Assembly (NCBI GenBank): GCA_002396325.1 | Contig: DGXM01000093.1 | Coordinates: forward strand, 1-38,705 | Direction: 5' to 3' | DNA from: Treponema sp. UBA4232 | GTDB lineage: Bacteria; Spirochaetota; Spirochaetia; Treponematales; Treponemataceae | Length of the DNA stretch: 38,705 nucleotides | Shown: positions 36,362 through 38,705 of the stretch, piece after piece | Position numbering within the stretch: position 1 is the stretch's first letter | Layout: every line of letters begins with the position of its first letter | The notes under the pieces: model-generated | The model's input: the letters and a program-made list of their open reading frames with translations, nothing else | What the model was told of the DNA's origin: nothing | The model's database searches: none | Made by a program: the position numbers and the translations under genes

Positions 36362-37840
36362 TCAACTCCGTCCGAGGCTTCTGATTATGTCTTTTGAAAA
36401 CTCAGTCATTCCCGTCTGAATTTTTTCTTTTGCTTCTTCTTCATTTTCGGTTCCGATTGACCTTTGGTAAACCACATATTCAGACGGCAGAGCGTTTTTT
36501 ATCCATTCATCGGAATACAAGTGCTCTTTGATTTTTTTTACAAGAAAGCTGCGCCTTTCTTCAATGGAAAATTCCTGTCTCTTTATGACGAAATTGGGTT
36601 TTGAGCCTCCTGAATCCGACTGTTTGAAGAAATCCCAGTCCACATCGGAAACAGAGCCGAGTGATGATGAAAAATGAAAGGAATCGCTTAATCTGAAAAC
36701 GCGACCTTTGAAATCTGCCGCCGAAAACCATGTTCTGTATGTGTCAAGCGCAGTGGAGCGGAATGATGAGGGGAGCACACGGGTTTCCATTGGACGCAAT
36801 CTGAAATCTTCCGGTTCTGCGTCTGATTCCAGGGCATTGGGCTGTGTGTGGGAAAATCCTTTTGAAGGAGCGAGGTCAAGTCCGCAGAAGAAAACAGGTC
36901 CTGATGTGAGATCCATTGCAAGATATGCTGCCGTGCCGCTTACGGTTCCGTTTCTCAATGCTTTTGTTTTTGTGTATCCGCAGTCCTCAAGCAGGGATTC
37001 GCTGCATCCGTCGCCGTAGGAAAGGGGGACTACAGGATGAAGGAAAAACTGTGTGTACAGCGATGCTTCGGCGGGAAGAGCAAGGGGGACTCCTGGAAAA
37101 TGTTTTAATGCGAAAGAAAGGTGTCGCTTAGCCCAGTAGCCGCCGTCGGTAGACAGAATAAGGTTCGGTTTGATTTTGTTTGCATACAGCGGAAGAAGCG
37201 ATGAGGAGAGTGCGATGAGGAAAAATCTTTGTCTGAAGCTTCTCAAAAAAGAAAGCGATCCTTCGAGGCTTTTTCCCGATGCACACACGATGATTGGACA
37301 GGATCCACTTTGGAAATATCCGTTGTAATGGGAGAAAAGGCAGAATCTTAATGCATTTTTTGTCCATCTGCGTGCAAAATAAGTCATCGTTGAAAGAACA
37401 TTGCGGCTTTTTACGACTGCCTGCTTTATTTCATTCCATACGGCCCTGTTTTGATCCGGGAAGGCTTTTTCCGATGGCTGCCATGATGCGAAAAGACAGG
37501 ATGATATTCCTTCTTCACCCATATAGGCATAAATCTCTTCGGATAGAAATCCCTGTTCGGAATATGTAAACACTTTGTCCCATTTTCCGTTCCATTCGGA
37601 AAAGCTGTCTGTATAACGGATGGCACAGAGTTTTGCTTTCGGAAAACGTTTTCCAAGAGGTTCAGCGCAATATGAGAGGGCCGGTTCCGTTACAAGTACA
37701 AAAGAGGGCTCAAATGAGCATGCAAGGGACTGCACGAAACGCTCCGCTTCTTTTACAGGGGCATAGGCGGAATGGAGTCTGATTCCATTTGCGATGCAGG
37801 TTTTTTCTCCGTTTTTTGTATCCGTGATTTCAATCGGCAT
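36362..37840 (-). CDS. DUF115 / MptE-like / Maf-family protein (diverged paralog)
   Basis: LHSAYAPVKEA, CASGKSL, PNLILSTDGG, GTVSG, FCGLDLA. Confidence 0.8.
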   Translation of the reverse strand: MPIEITDTKNGEKTCIANGIRLHSAYAPVKEAERFVQSLACSFEPSFVLVTEPALSYCAEPLGKRFPKAKLCAIRYTDSFSEWNGKWDKVFTYSEQGFLSEEIYAYMGEEGISSCLFASWQPSEKAFPDQNRAVWNEIKQAVVKSRNVLSTMTYFARRWTKNALRFCLFSHYNGYFQSGSCPIIVCASGKSLEGSLSFLRSFRQRFFLIALSSSLLPLYANKIKPNLILSTDGGYWAKRHLSFALKHFPGVPLALPAEASLYTQFFLHPVVPLSYGDGCSESLLEDCGYTKTKALRNGTVSGTAAYLAMDLTSGPVFFCGLDLAPSKGFSHTQPNALESDAEPEDFRLRPMETRVLPSSFRSTALDTYRTWFSAADFKGRVFRLSDSFHFSSSLGSVSDVDWDFFKQSDSGGSKPNFVIKRQEFSIEERRSFLVKKIKEHLYSDEWIKNALPSEYVVYQRSIGTENEEEAKEKIQTGMTEFSKDIIRSLGRS

Positions 37841-37990
37841 GGAAAGTCATCCTTTTGATCTTTGTGGCTTTTTGATTTGTACAGGGGATTGATGCTCTGA
37901 CGTTTTGCGTCCGAATAAGGGCATGAAATCCGTCTGCGATGCATTTTGCGAACACCATGCCCCGGTACTCTGCGCCAAGGTATGGTGGTT

Positions 37991-38030
37991 AAAAAAACAC
38001 CCCCGAAAACCATCTAAAGATTTTCAGGGG
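37991..38030 (-). terminator. Intrinsic terminator after the acidic protein gene
   Basis: CCCC-GAAAA / TTTTC-A-GGGG stem followed by a T7 tract on the minus strand. Confidence 0.65.
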
Positions 38031-38076
38031 CATTCCGTCTGATTAAGAGCACTTAACCGGAAAACAATTCCTTGTC

Positions 38077-38703
38077 TCAGGAAAGTCCGAGTTCGGAAAA
38101 GAGCTTTTTGTATGTCGCGAACTGCTCTGATTTTGCGAATTCCGCGATTTTGTCTTCGGGGAGACTTTCAAGCAGCTGATCCATATAGGCAAGAACAGAT
38201 TTGATTTCCGCTTTCATATCCTCAGGAATTGAACCTGACGAAGATGCAGTCGGAGCGAATGTTGTTTCAGGTTCTGCTTCCACGGGGGCCTGATAACTGT
38301 CATCGGTCACAGGCTCTTCAACCGGCTGTTCATCGAAGGCTGCTTCAGGTTCTTCTGCAACTGTGGTCTCTTCAGACTCAGGCTCCACTGAAGGTTCCTC
38401 GAGCTCAGGTTCAACGGGAGCTTCAACAGGAGTCTCGTCAATCTCCGGCTCAACAAGAGTTTCTTCTTCGGGACTTGCATTTTCCCAAGTGTTGAACACA
38501 GCTTTCTGGGGCTCTTCGGAGATTCCCGGCTCAAGACGCTCATCCTCTTCCGCAATTTCCGGAACCGTCTCATTTGAGAGATAGTCGAAATCCTCATTGG
38601 TGATTGTGTTGTCGGTATCTTCGCTTGCTTCATCTGAAATAACAGGCTCACTGAAGTCAGGCTCCTTGGAACTTTCTTCAACGGCCGTCTCCTCAAATTC
38701 AAC
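38077..38703 (-). CDS. Highly acidic low-complexity protein with helical C-terminus (5'-truncated by window)
   Basis: Frame stays open to the window edge (VEFEETAVEE...); C-terminus EIKSVLAYMDQLLESLPEDKIAEFAKSEQFATYKKLFSELGL. Confidence 0.82.
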   Translation of the reverse strand, partial: VEFEETAVEESSKEPDFSEPVISDEASEDTDNTITNEDFDYLSNETVPEIAEEDERLEPGISEEPQKAVFNTWENASPEEETLVEPEIDETPVEAPVEPELEEPSVEPESEETTVAEEPEAAFDEQPVEEPVTDDSYQAPVEAEPETTFAPTASSSGSIPEDMKAEIKSVLAYMDQLLESLPEDKIAEFAKSEQFATYKKLFSELGLS

Positions 38704-38705
38704 AG

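Noticed and set aside
37895-37955. c-di-GMP-I riboswitch (GCAAA...GACGCAAA on the minus strand)
   Set aside because: No GNRA-capped P2 stem or tetraloop receptor; only short words match. An Rfam scan would settle it
130-38702. Many 60-190 aa antisense or alternate-frame ORFs in the track (e.g. 463-1044, 10966-11436, 19360-19845, 23855-24388, 32980-33189, 37753-38013)
   Set aside because: They are shadows of well-supported genes, the tRNA or terminators, with no motifs or initiation signals
1-38705. CRISPR array, IS element, prophage or defence system
   Set aside because: No regularly spaced repeats and no transposase, integrase, phage, cas or restriction-modification motifs were seen

Overview
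Core-chromosome segment of a spirochete, most likely a Treponema (inferred from the 907-aa GreA, the Cmk-S1 fusion, the RecA with a long C-terminal tail, FemAB, and an atypical Rnf cluster). It holds about 32 CDS and one tRNA-Arg(UCU). I see no CRISPR array, transposase, integrase or prophage. The best candidate for an uncharacterised system is the apparent operon at 1995-9873: DUF212/PAP2-like phosphatase, unknown polytopic membrane protein, RnfC/D/G/E/A-like genes and a GH57 protein. By eye, its Rnf subunits have lost almost every cofactor-binding motif except the two RnfC [4Fe-4S] sites, rnfB is missing from the window, and the GH57 protein lacks its catalytic nucleophile. Other points of interest: six operon-head genes with leaderless promoter geometry; an internal promoter and start in cmk-rpsA that could make free S1; an MnmA lacking its canonical C-terminal cysteine; inactive-looking M23 and GGDEF domains; tandem DUF115 genes; and several structured intergenic regions. 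All family calls come from manual motif reading; no searches were run.
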